Positions 48,811 to 61,139 of a DNA stretch of 64,000 bases are shown here, piece by piece. The number at the start of each line of letters is the position of its first letter. The stretch's first letter is position 1. The stretch comes from Squalus acanthias (lineage: Eukaryota), in the NCBI GenBank assembly GCA_030390025.1, contig CM059438.1, forward strand, positions 61,010,001 through 61,074,000, in the 5' to 3' direction. Below the pieces are notes generated by a model, which worked only from the letters and a program-made list of their open reading frames with translations, searched no databases and had not been told where the DNA came from. The position numbers and the translations under genes were made by a program.

Positions 48811-49178
48811 CTACCTCGATTTTAAAATTCTAATCCTCCCTACCTCTGTAACCTCCTCCAACCCGACAACCCGCCGAGATCTCTGCTCTCCTCCAACTCT
48901 GGCCTCTTGCGCAGCCCCGATTTTAATCACGCCACCCTTGGCGGCCCTGCCTTCAGCTGCCGAGGCCCTAAGCGCTGGAATTCCCTCTCTCCGCCTCTCT
49001 ACCTCTCTCTCTCCTCCTTTCAGGTGCTCCTTAAAACCTACCTCTTTGACCAAGCTTTTGGTCAGCTCTCCTTCTGTGGCTCGGTGTCACATTTGGTTTC
49101 ATAACGTTCCTGTGAAGCACCTTGGGACGTGCTACGATGTTAAAGGTGCTATATAAATGCAAGTTGTTGTTGTTATTG
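48811..49178 (+). mobile_element. L2-clade LINE 3' fragment
   Basis: Homologous to 1381-1720; tail tatataaatgcaagttgttgttg. Confidence 0.8.
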
Positions 49179-49180
49179 TA

Positions 49181-49722
49181 ATTAAGAAAAGATATACTTG
49201 CTCTCGAGGCAGTTCAGAGAAGGTTCACTCGGTTGATTCCGGAGATGAGGGGGTTGACTTATGAGGAAAGGTTGAGTAGGTTGGGCCTCTACTCATTGGA
49301 ATTCAGAAGAATGCGAGGCGATCTTATCGAAACATATAAGATTGTGAGGGGGCTTGATCGGGTGGATGCGGGGAGGATGTTTCCACTGATGGGTGAGACT
49401 AGAACTAGGGGACATAATCTTAGAATAAGGGGCTGCCGTTTCAAAACTGAGATGAGGAGAAACTTCTTCACTCAGAGGGTAGTAAATCTATGGAATTTGC
49501 TACCTCAGAGAGCTGTGGAAGCTGCGACATTAAATAAATTTAAAACGGAGATAGACAGTTTCCTAGCTGATAAGGGAATTAAGGGTTATGGGGAGCGGGC
49601 AGGGAAGTGGACGTGAGTCTAGGTTCGGATCAGCCATGATCCTATTGAATGGCGGAGCAGGCCCGAGGGGCCATATGGCCTACTCCTGCTCCTACTTCTT
49701 ATGTTCTTATGTTATGTTATGT
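49181..49722 (+). mobile_element. CR1 LINE 3' fragment
   Basis: ORF 49233-49616 YEERLSRLGLYSLEFRRMRGDLIETYKI...; (ttcttatg)n tail. Confidence 0.9.
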
Positions 49723-49806
49723 TCTCCCCTTCGGTACTTGAAGGAATTCCCCTCAGCTCCATCAGTGAAGCACCCGAAGCTTTCATATAGACTGGCTGAT
49801 ACATGA

Positions 49807-49987
49807 GGGGCAATCTTAACCTAACTGGCAGGCAGGAATCGCACGGGGTTGGGCGGAGCGCCAGTTTTACCGCCCAAGATTATTCTCCATTTTCTTCAAT
49901 GAAGAGTAGAATTGGGCAGGGTGTGAAACCAGCATCGTACCCGATCCCGTCAGTTTCTCGACGCGCGGGTTAGTTTAAAATCGCCCC
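49807..49987. mobile_element. Short palindromic MITE
   Basis: TIR ggggcaatcttaacctaac / gttagtttaaaatcgcccc. Confidence 0.7.
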
Positions 49988-50019
49988 ACGTTGTTGCTCA
50001 TGAACATGGGCACACTTAA

Positions 50020-50300
50020 AGAAAGACTTGCATTTATATCGCGGCTTTCATGACCTCAGGACGTCCCAAAGCGCTTTACGGCCAATTAAATACTCTTGAA
50101 GTGCAGTCACTGTTGTAATCTAGGGAAACACGGCAGCCAATTTGCGCACAGCAAGATCCCACAAACAGCAATGAAATAAATGACCAGATAATCTGTATTT
50201 TTTAGTGACGTTGGTTGAGAGATAAATGTTGGCCAGGACACCAGGGAGATTGCCCCCTGCTCTTCATCGAATAGTGCCGTGGGATCTTTTATGCCCATCT
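50020..50300 (-). mobile_element. DeuSINE 3' half
   Basis: Reverse complement of SINE tail and central block. Confidence 0.8.
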
Positions 50301-50304
50301 GACA

Positions 50305-50757
50305 TAAACACGCACATAAACACACAGGTACATACAAATGTACATATACATGCACATGCAGACACAAACGCACAAACAAACAAATGCATTCATAGTGCAA
50401 AGGCGCACATACATGAAAATACGTATGCACTAAACTGATGCTCACAAATGAACATCACGCACAATTACACACACAAACATAAACACATGCAAAAGTTTGT
50501 ACGCAAATACACACACAGACACACACACACAGACACACACACAGACACACACGCAGACACACACGCAGACACACACACAGACACACACACACAGACACAC
50601 ACACAGACACACACACACACACACAGACACACACACAGACACAAAGACACACATGTAGACAGATACACAGACATACACACGCAGACACAGACACACACAC
50701 ACAGACACACAGACACACACACAGAGACACATACACACACACAGACAGAGAGACAGA
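50305..50757. repeat. Compound (CA)n/(CAGACA)n microsatellite
   Basis: Direct reading. Confidence 0.9.
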
Positions 50758-51380
50758 GCTTCTTCCGGGTCTGTTATTCCAGTAATTTCCACTTTTGAAT
50801 TTTTTTACCACTATTTCATTCTGGCAAAACAGCTCACAAAGGCAGGATGCTCTCCTCTCATTAAGGAAGACTGTGTACAGGGTGACCCCAAGCACGATTA
50901 CAAGCAATAAACAGCACAGCGAGTGAAGAAAACAGCACGGCTGTGTTTGTTCAGGACGGGGCAGCTCATTTCCAGCCATTGTTACTGACAGTACAAACAC
51001 TTCCATTCTACGGCAGAGAGCAAACAGACCCTTTGGATAGATTTATTAATAAGAGATAAAACCAGACAAAACACGCTTAGCTCAGGGCACATTGACTCAC
51101 TAATACACTCACAGCTTTTATTAAATACAAATTGTTGCTGGCTCAAAGTGGCATTCCAGTTGTGACCTGTTTCAGGGAGATATGCACCCTCGTGATTGGA
51201 ATCCTCAATTATAGGGGTCTGCTCCCCATCCACCCAGCCATCCTGTCCCCATGCAAACCAAGTTGGCAACTGAGCTGAGCTGCCCAGCCCGGTAATAGCC
51301 AGAAGTGATGGCAGCGTATGGAGCCTCAGGCAGCTGCACCTTGATTAAATGCTGCCATTCGGGTCAGGGCTGGGGTTGGT

Positions 51381-52128
51381 CCTGAGGTCAGATACACTGA
51401 GGTCAGGGTGCGTGAGGCCGGATACACTGGGGTCAGGGTGCATGATGTTGGATTCACTGGGGTCAGGGTGCGTGATGTCAGATACACTGAGGTCAGGGTG
51501 CGTGAGGTCGGATACACTGGGGTCAGGGTGCGTGAGGTCGGATACATTGAGGTCAGAGTGCGTGAGGTCGTATACACTGAGGTCAGGGTGCGTGAGGGCA
51601 AATACACTGGGGTCAGGATGCGTGAGGTCGGATACACTGAGGTCAGGGTGCGTGAGGACGGATACACTGGGGTCAGGGTGCATGAGGTCGGATACACTGA
51701 GGTCAGGGTGAGTGAGGTCAGATACACTGAGGTCAGGGTGCGTGAGGTCAGATACACTGAGGTCAGAGTGCGTGAGGTCGGATACACTGGGGTCAGGGTG
51801 CGTGAGGTCGGATACACTGGGGTCAGGGTGCGTGAGGTCAGATACACTGGGGTCAGGGTGCGTGAGGTCGGATACACTGAGGTCAGAATGCGTGAGGTCG
51901 GATACACTGGGGTCAGGGTGCGTGAGGTCGGATACACTGGGGTCAGGGTGCGTGAGGTCAGATACACTGAGGTCAGAGTGTGTGAGGTCGGATACACTGG
52001 GGTCGGGTGCGTGAGGTCGGATACACTGTAGGTCAGAGTGCGTGAGGTCGGATACACTGGGGTCAGGGTGCGTGAGGTCGGATAAACTGAGGTCAGAGTG
52101 CGTGAGGTCGGATACATTGGGGTCAGGG
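51381..52128. repeat. 30-bp (2x15) minisatellite, ~25 copies
   Basis: Unit gatacactggggtcagggtgcgtgaggtcg. Confidence 0.96.
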
Positions 52129-52164
52129 CTGCTGTTGGCGCCCTAATAACTCAGAGATAAAGCC

Positions 52165-52365
52165 TCCACCTGTGATCCATATGGAGTAGGATCGTGTGAG
52201 GTTCGATTCCTGGTTTGTCTGTGTGAGCTGATCTCTGTCAGGTTGGTGGTCAGGTGATATATTATTGACTTTCCAGCCCCTGGTCCAGAGAAGGGGAAAT
52301 CGGTCAGGCTTTCTGCTCCTCATTGTTTTCCAGTGATCTCTGCAGGAAGAGAATAGGATTGGACT
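52165..52365 (+). mobile_element. Old SINE-like dispersed repeat (family B)
   Basis: B-box ggttcgattcc then gagctgatctc...cccctgg...ccagtga as in 4335-4735. Confidence 0.5.
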
Positions 52366-52597
52366 TGTCTGCCACCTTTGGAACCAAATCCCAGTGAGGG
52401 ATTAAGGTGAAGGTGGAGGCGGAGGGAAAAAAGAGAGAAAGGATAAGAATCAAAGAAAGAAGGGTAAAGAGAGAGGCCTGCAGAGACAGGCTTCACTATG
52501 GATGGCAGTAGTCCAGGTTATCTTTATACTGATGCGGGTGGTGTTGTTGTTTTCCCTGTATGGTTTCAGATGTAAATAAAGAAACTGTTAATTTGTT

Positions 52598-52872
52598 TTA
52601 GTGATCTTGACTGAGGGATGGATATTGGCCTGGACACCGGGGAGAACTCCCCTGCTCTTCTTCCAAATAGTGCCGTGGAATCTTGCACATCCATCTGCGG
52701 CGCAGACTGTTTAACGTCTCATCCGAAAGACGGCACCTCCGACAGTGCAGCACTCCTTCAGAACTGCAAGGGAGTGTCAGCCTGGGTTATGTGCTCAACT
52801 CCCTGGAGTGAGACTTGAACCCACAACCTTCTGACTCAAATATAGCTGACTCCCACTAAGCCATGGCTGACA
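52598..52872 (-). mobile_element. DeuSINE 5' portion
   Basis: Reverse complement of head and central block. Confidence 0.78.
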
Positions 52873-53697
52873 CCTATGCTATTATATTTGCTATGCTGAT
52901 GCTTTCCAAATAATTCCTTGTTGCGTGCAAGTACAATATAAAGAAAACCACAGACATGAACCACATGAAGGAGGAAATCAGGAACGCCAAGCATTGGGCT
53001 TGTTAATAAGGTGTCCAGGTGTCACCTTGTTCTGCAGGTGTGGTGTGCAACCATTTGGACGAGGCTGTGCTCTGCGCTATTGATTTTGTTTTGGCAGCAC
53101 AACAATAATTTGCTGCAAATTTCACTCCATATAAAAAAAAAAGTTCAGAACCAGGAACCCGATACAAGGCACGCTTTGTGTGAACATGGAAATCTGTCCA
53201 AAAGAATGTTAATGTCGGTGTGTCTGGGCACGATGCAGTCATTACTGGATATACCATCCCGAGAAAACGAATGGTTTCAGTGGCTTGGGGTGGGGTGGAG
53301 GGGAGCGGGGGCTTGAGTGTACTGTCAATAATTTATTAGCCTGCCGTTCGTATTCGGAATGGCCCCCCAGCATAATATAATAGCATAGGTATCAGACATG
53401 GCTTAGTGGTGGCAGCCGACACACTTCCTCCTTCTCCAACAGCCGGGCTTGCACCCAACAGGCCTTTGGAATCTGGCATCATTCAAGCCACTCCGAGAAG
53501 ATTATGTTGCACGACAATGCACCTGTTCAGTTGGTCAGTTATCAAGTGTCCACCTTGCATAATGATAACTATAATTTGCAGAAGGGAGCTAAGAGTTTCT
53601 GTAATTCAATGTCAGAGAGATGGGTTGGTGATATTGCGTGACCAGGAGCTCAAATTTAACATTCAATGGAGTCCTACATCACATACTTGGTATTCCT

Positions 53698-54158
53698 TCA
53701 GCTGTGCTGCAGTTGATGGCACTCTTCCATCTGAGTCAGAAGGTTGTGGAATCAAGACCCAATCCAGGGACTTGAGCACAAAATCTAAGTTGGCAGTTCA
53801 GTGCAGTGCTGAGGGAGTGCTGCACTGTCGGGGGTGCCGTCTTTTGGATGAGACGCTAAACCGAGGCCTCGTCTGCCCTCTCAGGTGGATGTAGAAGATC
53901 CCATGGCACTATTCAAAGAAGAGCAGGGGAGTTCTCCCCGATGTCCTGGCTATTATTTATCCCTCAACCAACATCACTAAAAACAGATTGTCTGGTCATT
54001 ATCGCATTGTTGTTTGTGGGAGCTTGCTGGGCGCAAATTGGCTGCTGCGTTTCCCACATTACAACAGTGACTACACTCCAAAAGTACTTCATTGGCTGTA
54101 ACGTGCGTTGGGACGTTGTGTGAAAGGCGTTACACAAATGCAAGTCTTTCTTTCTTTC
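53698..54158 (+). mobile_element. DeuSINE (SacSINE1-like), full length
   Basis: Complete head, core and tail; ttccttcag repeated at 53693-53701 and 54156-54164. Confidence 0.88.
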
Positions 54159-54330
54159 CTTCAGGTCCGTTAAACGTGGAAATGGCAGCACGCAGGAGCT
54201 GCCGTCCCCAGGTGTCTCCACATCCAATATCGCACGGCCAGTCTTCCTTGAGGCTCTGCAATGCTTGCCATCGAGTAGTGGCTGCGCGATGGAACTGCAG
54301 TTCCGCTACGTAAGAAAGACAGCCGTGATG

Positions 54331-57300
54331 GCAGGGGGCAGGGGGCTAGAAACCCATGTAGTGAAATAGAGGAAAGTGAAAGGCAGACAGAAATAAATGG
54401 TAAAAAGGAGAGGAACAAAAAACAAAGGGCCAAACTAATTCATAAAAAATGTGAGCATAAAAAAAGCCTGAGGGTTTTATACCTTAATGCGAGAAGCATC
54501 AGGAACAAGGTAGATGAATTAGCTGTGGAAATAGAGGTTAATAATTATGATCTAATTGGGATTACGGAAACATGGTTGCAGGGTGAGCAGGGCTGGGAGC
54601 TTAACATACAGGGGTATTCAGTATTTAGGAAGGATCGACAAAAAAGAAAGGGAGGAGGGGTAGCATTGCTGGTAAAAGAGGGGATAAATGCAATTGAAAG
54701 GAAGGATATTAACTCAGTTAATACAGAATCTATATGGGTGGAGCTAAGAAATAGCGAGGGGCGAAAAACATTAATAGGAGTGGTATATAGGCCTCCAAAT
54801 AGTAAAATAGAGGTTGGGGAGGGCATCACGAGGGAAATTAGAGAAGCGTGCAATAAGAGCACAGCTGTCATCATAGGTGACTTTAACTTACATATAGATT
54901 GGACTAGCCTAATCAGTAAAAATAATGAGGAGGAGGAATTCCTTGAGTGTTTAAGGGATGGTTATCTGGATCAATATGTCGAGGAACCAACTCGGGAACA
55001 GGCTATATTGGACTGGGTACTGTGCAATGAGAAGGGACTAATTAGTAATCTTGTTGTACGGGGACCCTTGGGTCAGAGCGATCATAACATGATCGATTTC
55101 TCACTCGAAATGGAGAGCGAAGAAATTGACTCAGAGACTCAGGTCCTGAATTTAAACAAGGGGAATTATGATGCCATTAGACGGGAACTGAGTAGGTCTG
55201 ATTGGACAACGTTCCTGGGAGGACTGGAGGTAGATAAACAATGGCAAGCATTTAAAGATAGAATGACAAAATTGCAAAAATTGTTTATACCAATCTGGCA
55301 TAAAAGGAAATCTAAAAAGGTGACTCAACCGTGGATAACAGGGGAAATTAGAGACAGCATAAAATCCAAAGATAGGGCGTATAAAATAGCCAAAAAACGC
55401 GCCAGAGCGGAAGATTGGGAACAGTTTAAGATAGAGCAAAGGAGGGCAAAGGGCTTAATCAAGAAGGGCAAAATAGCTTACGAAAGCAAGCTGGCGGAAA
55501 ATATAAAAACTAACTCCAAAAGCTTTTATAAGTATATCAAGAGGAAAAGACTGGTGAAAACCAAAGTTGGTCCATTGCAGTCAGATACGGGGGAATATAT
55601 AATGGGAAATAAGGAAATGGCAGACCAACTAAATGCATACTTTGGGTCAGTCTTTACGAAGGAAGACACAAAAAACCTCCCTGGGATATCGGGAAAAATA
55701 GGGACATTGGCAAAGGAGGAACTGACGCAAATCAATATCTCTAAGGATATGGTGTTAAGGAAGCTAAAGGGATTGAAGGCGGACAAATCCCCAGGGCCTG
55801 ATAACATGCATCCTAGGGTACTGAAGGAGGTGGCCCTAGAGATAGCGGATGCACTAAGCATGATTTTTCAGAATTCATTAGACTCGGGAACAGTGCCCAT
55901 GGATTGGAGGGTAGCTAACGTTACCCCACTATTCAAAAAGGGGGGTAGGGAAAAAGCAGGTAATTACAGACCTGTAAGCCTTACATCAGTTGTGGGCAAA
56001 ATGCTGGAGTCCATCATTAAGGATGAAATAGCCGAGCACTTAGCAAATGGGGACAGGATAGGACAGAGTCAACATGGATTTACAAAGGGTAAATCGTGCT
56101 TGACTAATCTATTGGAATTTTTTGAGGGAGTAACTGGTAAAATAGATGGGGGAGAGCCAGTAGATGTGGTGTACCTGGACTTCCAAAAGGCCTTCGATAA
56201 GGTCCCACATAAAAGATTAGCATGGAAAATTGAAGCTCATGGGATAAAGGGGAAAGTATTGACGTGGATAGAGAACTGGCTGTCAGATAGAAAACAGAGA
56301 GTTGGAATAAACGGCTCATTTTCTGAATGGCAGGCAGTAACAAGTGGGGTACCACAGGGATCTGTCCTGGGTCCCCAGCTGTTCACAATTTATATTAATG
56401 ACCTGGATCAGGGAGTCGAATGCAGCATTTCCAAATTTGCAGACGACACTAAACTAGGAGGGGGGGTGGGCTCAGAGGAGGAGACCAGGAAGCTCCAGAG
56501 CGATTTGGACAGACTGGGTGATTGGGCGGATAAATGGCAGATGCACTATAATGTGGACAAGTGCGAAGTTATCCACCTTGGGTGCAGGAACGGGAGGGCA
56601 AATTATTATTTAAATGGCAATAAATTGGGAGAGGGGGAAGTACAGAGAGACCTGGGTGTTCTTGTACACCAGTCACTGAAGGCGAGCATGCAGGTGCAAC
56701 AGGCGGTCAAGAAGGCAAACGGTATGCTGGCCTTCATAGCAAAAGGGTTGGAATACAGGAACAGGGATACCTTGCTGCAGCTGTACAGGGCACTGGTGAG
56801 ACCACACCTCGAGTACTGTGTACAGTTTTGGTCGCCTCATCTGAGGAAAGATGTTCTTGCCATGGAGGGGGTGCAGCGGCGATTCACCAGGCTGATACCA
56901 GGAATGGCGGGATTGACCTATGAGGAGAGACTATGTAGTTTAGGGATGTACACACTGGAGTTTAGAAGATTGAGAGGGGACCTCATAGAAGTGTATAAAA
57001 TTCTGACAGGTCTAGACAGATTAGATGCAGAAGGAATGTTTCCCTTGGCGGGTGAGAACAGAACTAGAGGACATAATTTAAGGATAAGGGCTAAACCATT
57101 TAGGACAGAAATGAGGGGGAATTTCTTCACTCAGAGAGTGGTGAACCTGTGGAACTCATTGCCACAGAGGGCAGTGTACGCCAGCTCATTAAATATATTT
57201 AAGAGGGAATTAGATATATTTCTACAGGCAAAAGGGGTTAAGGGTTACGGAGAGAAGGCGGGGACGGGATACTGAATTGAAGGATCAGCCATGATCTCAT

Positions 57301-57377
57301 TAAATGGCGGAGCAGGCTCGAAGGGCCGGATGGCCTACTCCTGCTCCTATCTTCTATGTATCTATGTATCTATGTAT
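54331..57377 (+). mobile_element. Young 5'-truncated CR1 (HER1-like) LINE
   Basis: Uninterrupted ORF2, 3'UTR, (tctatgta)3 tail, candidate TSD gtgatg (54325-54330, 57378-57383). Confidence 0.95.
54465..57275 (+). CDS. CR1 ORF2: AP endonuclease and reverse transcriptase (true start not defined; frame open from 54279)
   Basis: [77 protein letters not shown]. Confidence 0.92.
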   Translation, partial: SLRVLYLNARSIRNKVDELAVEIEVNNYDLIGITETWLQGEQGWELNIQGYSVFRKDRQKRKGGGVALLVKEGINAIERKDINSVNTESIWVELRNSEGRKTLIGVVYRPPNSKIEVGEGITREIREACNKSTAVIIGDFNLHIDWTSLISKNNEEEEFLECLRDGYLDQYVEEPTREQAILDWVLCNEKGLISNLVVRGPLGQSDHNMIDFSLEMESEEIDSETQVLNLNKGNYDAIRRELSRSDWTTFLGGLEVDKQWQAFKDRMTKLQKLFIPIWHKRKSKKVTQPWITGEIRDSIKSKDRAYKIAKKRARAEDWEQFKIEQRRAKGLIKKGKIAYESKLAENIKTNSKSFYKYIKRKRLVKTKVGPLQSDTGEYIMGNKEMADQLNAYFGSVFTKEDTKNLPGISGKIGTLAKEELTQINISKDMVLRKLKGLKADKSPGPDNMHPRVLKEVALEIADALSMIFQNSLDSGTVPMDWRVANVTPLFKKGGREKAGNYRPVSLTSVVGKMLESIIKDEIAEHLANGDRIGQSQHGFTKGKSCLTNLLEFFEGVTGKIDGGEPVDVVYLDFQKAFDKVPHKRLAWKIEAHGIKGKVLTWIENWLSDRKQRVGINGSFSEWQAVTSGVPQGSVLGPQLFTIYINDLDQGVECSISKFADDTKLGGGVGSEEETRKLQSDLDRLGDWADKWQMHYNVDKCEVIHLGCRNGRANYYLNGNKLGEGEVQRDLGVLVHQSLKASMQVQQAVKKANGMLAFIAKGLEYRNRDTLLQLYRALVRPHLEYCVQFWSPHLRKDVLAMEGVQRRFTRLIPGMAGLTYEERLCSLGMYTLEFRRLRGDLIEVYKILTGLDRLDAEGMFPLAGENRTRGHNLRIRAKPFRTEMRGNFFTQRVVNLWNSLPQRAVYASSLNIFKRELDIFLQAKGVKGYGEKAGTGY

Positions 57378-58260
57378 GTGATGATCAATAGCCGCAAGAA
57401 GCTCCCTGGCAGATTCCAGGCGGCAATCGAGTCTGGGGATTTAAAAACATCAGAAACAAAAATTTTGGTTTGGCTCTTGTGCTTTTTATTGTCATCTGAA
57501 TTCTCCGTTGGACCTCCGCCATGTTAACGGGTGTTCATTAACCTGAAATATAGCTGGTTAATCCCAGCCACGTTCAGTCAAATAAATGATCCAGAGACTG
57601 TGATTTTCTACGTCTGGTAGATGGTTGGGGATCTGACAGAAAGGAGAAATGTGGACTGCAAGGCTCTCTATTGCCACCAGCTTGTATTTAAGACTGCGGT
57701 GTTAATTTTATCCCTGCTCGCCCGGCAGAAATCGGGCGGGTTGGCGTTTCAAAGTGAGCACAGAAGTGACTTCCCCACAAAGCCTCCATTCACATGAACA
57801 GTAATGGAACTAGCATCACACGGCAGCTGGGCACTGAGGGTGGGGAGGGTGAGTTTAACTGGGTGTGGGTTTTGGGTGAGCGGGGTGGGGGCAGGGCGAG
57901 CCTCAAACCCCCCCACCCCCACCCCCCCACCCCCAACCCTGACATCATCAATTTGAGGCTCGGGCTACTTTAACTCCCCCCGGGGCCTCACTTACATCCT
58001 GCTACCTGCACAAAAACGAGCCTAAAGAGGCAGCTGGCTGGCGGGCTGCAAGTGGAAGGAGATTGGGAGGTCCGGAGGCTGCCCGCCAGCACTCAGGTAA
58101 TTCACGGGAGGGAAGTTTCAGCTGGTGGAAAGGGCAAGGGGCGCGCGGGGTAGCAGAGGCCCAGCCTACCCTTGGAAATTAGTTGCTTCAGGTCTTGTGG
58201 TTTTAAGCGTAGTGGAATCATGCAGGTTTAAAAGAAAAACAAAGGGTCTGAGGCCAGCAA

Positions 58261-58715
58261 ACTTGCATTTATATAGCTCCTTTCACAACCTAAGGATGGT
58301 CCCAAAGTGCTCCACAGCCAATAAAATAATTTTGAAGTGTAGTCACTGTTGCAATGTAGGAAATCTGCACAACTTTGCCCATTTCCGCACAGCAAGGTCC
58401 CGCAAACAGCAGTGAGATAAATGACCAGATGATCTGTTTTAGTGAACTAGGTTGAAGGATAAATATTTGGCCAGGACGCCGGGGAGAACTCCCCTGCTCT
58501 TCTTCGATATAGTGCCACGGGATCTTTTATGTCCACCTGAGAGGGCAGATGGGGCCTCGGTTTAACGTCTCATCCAAATGACGGCACCTCCGACAGGGCA
58601 GCACTCACTCAGTACTGGAGTGTCAGCCTGGATTACGTGCTCACGTCTCTGGAGTGGGACTTGAACCGCTGACACTGATGTGAGAGAGTGCTACCTACTG
58701 AGCCAAGGCTGGCAC
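58261..58715 (-). mobile_element. DeuSINE, full length
   Basis: Reverse complement of head, core and tail. Confidence 0.85.
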
Positions 58716-60558
58716 CCTTAGGCAGAGACGATCGATAGTTAAGATGCTAATGAGCTAGCTTTTGCTGTTGTTTCCCTATAGCCTATAAATAGGCAATCTA
58801 TTAGCTTATCTCAGCGATTGATAAACACCTCACACTCATTGTATTGGGAAGTCTCTGATCCCGTTCCATGACTGTGAGCAGCGAGAAGTATAAGATAGAG
58901 GCAGAGACAGAGGAAGGAGGTCTTGTGAAGCAGGATCCTGTTTGAAGCAGTGAGGACACAAAAAGACTGCGAGAAGGATACAATGGAGTAGGAATTAAAA
59001 ATAACTGTTTAAGTCAAGCTAGACAACCCACCGATGTGGGAAGCTTTGCAGCTCCATTATTTTTGCATTATTATATGAAAACAAGTGGCACCAATTGATG
59101 TGAATGAATCTGATTACAACTGTCGCTCTGTACATTCATTCACTGTGAAATAAAGCAGCTTAACAATTTGTCTTGAGCCTCATCTCAACAGATGTTTTGT
59201 TCAGTCCACCTTCAGAGAGAATGAAAAAGTACACATTCACGATATTTTGGTTCAGGACACAAGGGGATGCCATTGTTACACTACTGGGTTATGTTATCGT
59301 ACAAGTAAATTCAGGGCAGTGGGAGTCAACACACATAAAGGTACGGTGCTCAGACTGCTTACGGGAGTCACTGACGTCATTAAACTTGAGGAGGTATCTC
59401 GGGCAGACCTGAATTTGTAACAACTGCCATGGTCGACAGACTCTACGGCGAGGGTATCTGCATCTCGGGGATAGATGGTATCTATCATGCTGGATTAGCC
59501 TGGCCTCCATTCACTCCTCCTCCTGATCTTTCATCAGCCTTTTCCTCGTAGCAGTGGAACAATGGAATTCCAAGTGGAAATTCCATAGTTCTTGAATGTC
59601 TCCAATATATTAAAATTTTGCAATTCGAATGTTCCCAGTTTATTTTCCAGGAAAGGTTGTTGCTCCTTTTTTTTTTCTCTTCTTAGGATGTGGGCGACAC
59701 AGGCAGGTCCATCCCTGGTTGCCTTGAGAAGGTGGTGGTCGGCCTTTCTCTTTGAACAGCTGCAGAACTTGTGGTGATGCTGTGGAATCACATGATGCAG
59801 TGGCCGCTGCAGTGTGAGGGAAGTGAAACAATTTCGGGTCCCGCCAATCCACAAACCCACTGCTCAACTTGGCCACTCTTTTGGATGAAATAGTTAGATA
59901 GTTAAGTCCTGATTTTATGATTGAAAATTTCCCTATTAAAGCGCTCACATGACATTACTCTGTTATTTTTAAGAGGGAGTTAAGTTCATATGGCATTTGT
60001 TTCATTGAGGAATTTCAGTAGGTTGGATGGGGTTCTAATAATATTCTTTATAAAGCGACAAGCACAGTACAACCCACAGGAAAATATTTGGAAAAAAAAA
60101 TTATTTGTGAGGAAAACAAAAACAGCTGAAACAAATTGGAGAAGGCACAAAGTCAACTGCTAACCCACTATAAATAGGAATACTTTGGCCCTCACTCTCT
60201 CCCCTCAGTCTGTTACTAACAGCCTCTGGCTGATACCATGCGGCAATTTGGACTCGTGAAGTCCAGCAGAGCAATACCAAATGGAATAGGGAGACTTCGG
60301 GCAACTCTCTGAGATGGAGGGACCGAGGTTTGCTATAACTCAATGAAGAACAGATGAAACAAACTGACTGGTACAGCCCTATCTCAAAGCACTTCAGTGC
60401 TGAATTTGGTCCCCTGCTCCAGAGGTGAAAAGTGACTGATTGAGCCCATCTAGTTGCAATGATTTTTTTTTTTACGCAGTACCTCAATATATGAATGAAC
60501 GAATGTGGGATGGGAAGGAGGAAAGTCAATGAATGTCGGACTCACTTGCTCGGAGTTA

Positions 60559-61139
60559 ATCTTTGAAGGTGGCAGGACAAGTTCAGAAGGCTGTTAAGAA
60601 AGGATAGGGGCTCCTTGGCTTTATAAACAGTGGCGTAGAGTACAAAAGCAAGGAAGTTATGCTCGGCCTTTATGAAACACTGGTTGGGCCTCAGCTGCAG
60701 TATTGTGTCCAATTCTAGGCACCACACTTTAGGAAGGATGTCTAGGCCTTGGAGAGGGTGCAGAGGGAATTTAGCAGAATGGTAGCAGGGATGAGGGACT
60801 TCAGTTATGTGGGGAGACTGGAGAAGCTGAGATTGTTCTCCTTCGAGCAGAGAAGGTTAAGGGGAGATTTAATAGAGGTGTTCAAAGTTATGAGGGGCTT
60901 AGAGTAGATAGGGAGAAACTGTTCACTGACAGAAGGGTCGATAACCAGAGGACACATATTTAAGATAATTGTCTGAAAGGGTGGTGGAAGCAGATTCAAT
61001 GGCAACTTTCTAAAGGAAATTGGATAAATACTTGAAATGGAAACATTTTCAGGGCTATGGGGAAAGAGCAGGAGAGCGGGACTTTCTTTCAAAGAGCCGG
61101 CACAGACACGATGGGCCGAATAGTCTCTATAGATTCTAT
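60559..61139 (+). mobile_element. CR1 LINE 3' fragment
   Basis: LYETLVGPQLQYCVQF...LEQRRLRGDLIEVFK; attctat tail split by the MITE. Confidence 0.85.

Noticed and set aside
50455..51006. 183-aa minus ORF with a hydrophobic TM-like segment
   Set aside because: Runs into a (TG)n microsatellite; no recognisable family or splice context
51326..52117. 263-aa and 207-aa repetitive ORFs
   Set aside because: Products of the 30-bp minisatellite
59173..59510. Overlapping short ORFs in unique sequence as a possible exon of a neighbouring gene
   Set aside because: No recognisable protein similarity or coherent splice sites; BLASTx or RNA-seq needed
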